Assembly (NCBI GenBank): GCA_963722305.1
Contig: CAVRKE010000001.1
Coordinates: 567,549-608,320 of the forward strand
DNA length: 40,772 nucleotides
Source: Candidatus Levyibacteriota bacterium
Lineage (GTDB): Bacteria > Patescibacteriota > Microgenomatia > Levybacterales > UBA12049
Direction: 5' to 3'
Shown: positions 38,402 through 40,772 of the stretch, piece by piece
How the letters are laid out: each line of letters starts with the position of its first letter
How positions within the stretch are numbered: position 1 is the stretch's first letter
Translations under genes and position numbers: made by a program
The notes under the pieces: generated by a model
The model's database searches: none
Seen by the model: only the letters and a program-made list of their open reading frames with translations
Told to the model about the DNA's origin: nothing

Positions 38402-40772
38402 ATGAATTTATTAAGCCAATTTAAAGATTATTTATTTTCACAGGATAATAAGGCAGCAAATGTCACTGTGAAAAATTATTTATCTGATATTAACCACTTC
38501 ATCCGCTGGTTTGAGACAACTTACCATAAAACTTTTCCTTCCAGGGAGATAACCGCACAAACAATTAATGCCTATAAGTCTAATTTATCCGAGACTTTCT
38601 CTGCCAGTTCTTTAAATAGGCACCTTTCTTCATTACGCAAGTTCTTTGGTTTTTTGAAACTTGAAGGCATAATTGCACACTCGCCTTTTGAACAACTGAC
38701 TGCAAATAACCAAAAAACTGAAGCTGACCCATGGCATCTTCGAGATTTTAAAAACCACCTTTACGTTTACAACGCCTCGCACTTAACCATTAAGAATTAT
38801 TTAATTGATATTAGGCAGTTTCTCTCTTGGGCCGAAGAAGTAACCGGAGCAAAAAACGCTTTCGCCACTCAAAATGCAAATGTATTAAACAACATTAACT
38901 CACAGCTAATTGAAGAGTACAAACGAAGACTCTTAACCCAAAGTAATTTTTCTCCGGCAACTATTAACCGAAAACTGTCATCGCTTCGCAGGTATCTTGC
39001 CTGGGCGCTCGCAGAGAGCCTGATCCCTAGCTTTAGTCTTACCACCAACAACGTCGAAGAACAAAAAGCCGCGCTGAATATCCCCCAGTCTGTGAAAACA
39101 CCATCCATTGAGGCTAAGCAAACAGCGTATGTGTATTCACACTTTCCGCCGATTCGACTATTTCAAAAGGTATCAAACTCTACTCTGTTTATGCTTGACC
39201 AGGCCTTAGTTAACCCACTGGCCAGTCTACTTCAAAAAACCGACTATGCGTTTTGGAAAATTAAAGGCCAACCTGTTTTTAAAAAAGTAAAAGCGCTTAG
39301 GATCCCAAGAGCGATTAGTGCGGAAGATATTTTAGGGATTAAAAACCTTCCGAAAGAACTTTACGCTCCACTGGAAGTTTCAACCAAATACTTTCCCTGG
39401 TACAAAAAAGCCTGGTTTACTCTTCGCTATAATCGACCAAAATGGTACAAAACATATCATTCATATCCAATCACCCATTACTTTCATTTTGCTATCCTTA
39501 TTATCTTCTTAACGGCGCTCAGTTTTGGCTTCTATAATGCCTTTTTCGAAAAAGGCAATCAGGCTCCAACTCTAGCGGCTGGTGGAACTCCCACCGCTCC
39601 GCCCAGAATATTATCTTTTCAGGGAAGACTAACCGACAATAACGATAACCCAATCACTACACCCACGGCTTTACGTTTTAGCATTTACGACGCTCAGGCG
39701 CCAGCGTCAAGCTCTGCAGATCTTCTCTGGCAGGAAGAGGACCTGGTCAGTCCGGATCAAGACGGAATCTTCTCAATTTTATTGGGTAATACCTTAACTC
39801 CCTGCGCAAACGCCCTAGTTCCGGCAACCGGGGCTTGTCAAATTCCCCAGGCTTTATTTGCCACCGAGTCTGCCCTGTTTCTAGGCGTTAGCGTCGGCAA
39901 CACCGCCGAGTTAACCCCAAGGCAACAGGTAGCCACCGTGGCTTACGCCACCAATTCGGAGCTATTGCAGGGAATGGCACCGACCACCCAAGCCGGACTA
40001 ACCGCTTATACCAATACTGTTTTGGCGCTTGATTCAACCGCCAGCTCACCCACTTTGACCATCGGCGGCAGCGTGGGTACGACTTTTCAGGCCACCGGCG
40101 GACAATTTCAACTGTTAGGAAAAAGCATGTTGATTGGTACAACCACCGGTTCAGGCGGAAACGTTGTTCTTGCTCCTGACGGTTTAGGCCAGATCGACTT
40201 GCAAAAACCATTAATAAATAGCACAAACAATAACAATATCTCGACAGCCGTGGGCGCCGTTGAAGTTGATGACTTACTGGCTGTCCTTGCTACCTCAAGT
40301 GGACAATCAGCCTTAACTATCAATCAAAACAGCACAGGTCCGCTCATTAGCGCTTCCACCAGTGGAATTGCTAAATTTACGGTTGACAGTGCCGGAAACT
40401 TAACCGCTGCCGGAACCGGTTTATTCTCCGGAAATTTAACAACCGGTGGCAATCTTATCCTCTCCAATAGCGCCAGCACAATTACTTTGGGCGGAATAGC
40501 CTACGCATGGCCAGTCAGCGGACAATCAAGCGGATACGTATTATCAACCAATGGTTCGGGAACTTTAAATTGGGTAGCGCAAACCGGCGGCGGATTTAAC
40601 TTCTGGACAGAACAAACCGGAGCACTCTCACCTATTCATACAAGTGACGACCTGTTGCTTGGTACAGACTCAACCTACTCTACCGCTTCCGCCGCATTTG
40701 CCTTTACCGGTCTAATGAACAATATTGCCTCGGGAAACCATCAGACCCAGGCCTCCTTTAGTGGACAATTTG
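38402..40772 (+). CDS. Giant surface protein, 5' partial (runs off the window): two integrase SAM-like core-binding repeats, a TM helix, and extracellular tail-fibre-like repeats
   Basis: It is absent from the ORF track because there is no stop in the window. I translated it by hand from ATG 38402 to 40772 (790 codons) and found no stop. N-terminal repeats are VTVKNYLSDINHFIRWF...LNRHLSSLRKFFGFL and LTIKNYLIDIRQFLSWA...INRKLSSLRRYLAWA. The TM helix is ITHYFHFAILIIFLTALSFGFY. Downstream come ILSFQGRLTD...LWQEE...DGIFSILLG and LGGIAYAWPVSGQSSGYVLSTNGSGTLNW. Confidence 0.8.
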   Translation, partial: MNLLSQFKDYLFSQDNKAANVTVKNYLSDINHFIRWFETTYHKTFPSREITAQTINAYKSNLSETFSASSLNRHLSSLRKFFGFLKLEGIIAHSPFEQLTANNQKTEADPWHLRDFKNHLYVYNASHLTIKNYLIDIRQFLSWAEEVTGAKNAFATQNANVLNNINSQLIEEYKRRLLTQSNFSPATINRKLSSLRRYLAWALAESLIPSFSLTTNNVEEQKAALNIPQSVKTPSIEAKQTAYVYSHFPPIRLFQKVSNSTLFMLDQALVNPLASLLQKTDYAFWKIKGQPVFKKVKALRIPRAISAEDILGIKNLPKELYAPLEVSTKYFPWYKKAWFTLRYNRPKWYKTYHSYPITHYFHFAILIIFLTALSFGFYNAFFEKGNQAPTLAAGGTPTAPPRILSFQGRLTDNNDNPITTPTALRFSIYDAQAPASSSADLLWQEEDLVSPDQDGIFSILLGNTLTPCANALVPATGACQIPQALFATESALFLGVSVGNTAELTPRQQVATVAYATNSELLQGMAPTTQAGLTAYTNTVLALDSTASSPTLTIGGSVGTTFQATGGQFQLLGKSMLIGTTTGSGGNVVLAPDGLGQIDLQKPLINSTNNNNISTAVGAVEVDDLLAVLATSSGQSALTINQNSTGPLISASTSGIAKFTVDSAGNLTAAGTGLFSGNLTTGGNLILSNSASTITLGGIAYAWPVSGQSSGYVLSTNGSGTLNWVAQTGGGFNFWTEQTGALSPIHTSDDLLLGTDSTYSTASAAFAFTGLMNNIASGNHQTQASFSGQF

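Overview
AT-rich bacterial chromosome segment. Gene content and style suggest a small-genome uncultured lineage such as CPR/Patescibacteria, but that placement is inference only. I support about 40 protein genes, 2 tRNAs, 1 insertion sequence and several repeat families.

Housekeeping and envelope genes:
- mreB, argS, leuS, ndk, an M16 peptidase and an EEP-family nuclease/phosphatase
- a DsbA-like/VKOR pair
- comEA plus a comEC that is split into channel and metallo-beta-lactamase ORFs
- a CheY-like regulator / histidine kinase operon
- a glycan cluster: GalT-like, three GT4 enzymes and a WecB/TagA-family enzyme

Accessory content is dominated by cell-surface genes:
- five paralogous signal-peptide, C-terminally anchored beta-rich proteins (DUF916/DUF3324-like)
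- two of these are each preceded by a secreted protein ending in ATPTF (WxL-like), giving two modules separated by an IS1-like element with an 8-bp target duplication
- a partial giant surface protein whose cytoplasmic N-terminus carries two integrase core-binding (SAM-like) repeats

Most unusual observations:
1. leuS (992 aa) carries at least five GC-rich in-frame insertions. Three are copies of one 96-132 nt repeat and a fourth shares its termini. This resembles in-frame selfish elements such as Rickettsia palindromic elements.
2. AT-rich 7-nt-periodic word arrays (AATTNNN / GAGAATT / AAATCCC) form a recurring ~100-nt intergenic element and also occur inside coding regions.
3. A 412-bp block is 100% identical between two otherwise diverged tandem surface-protein paralogs.

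All family assignments come from motifs read by eye. No database search was run.
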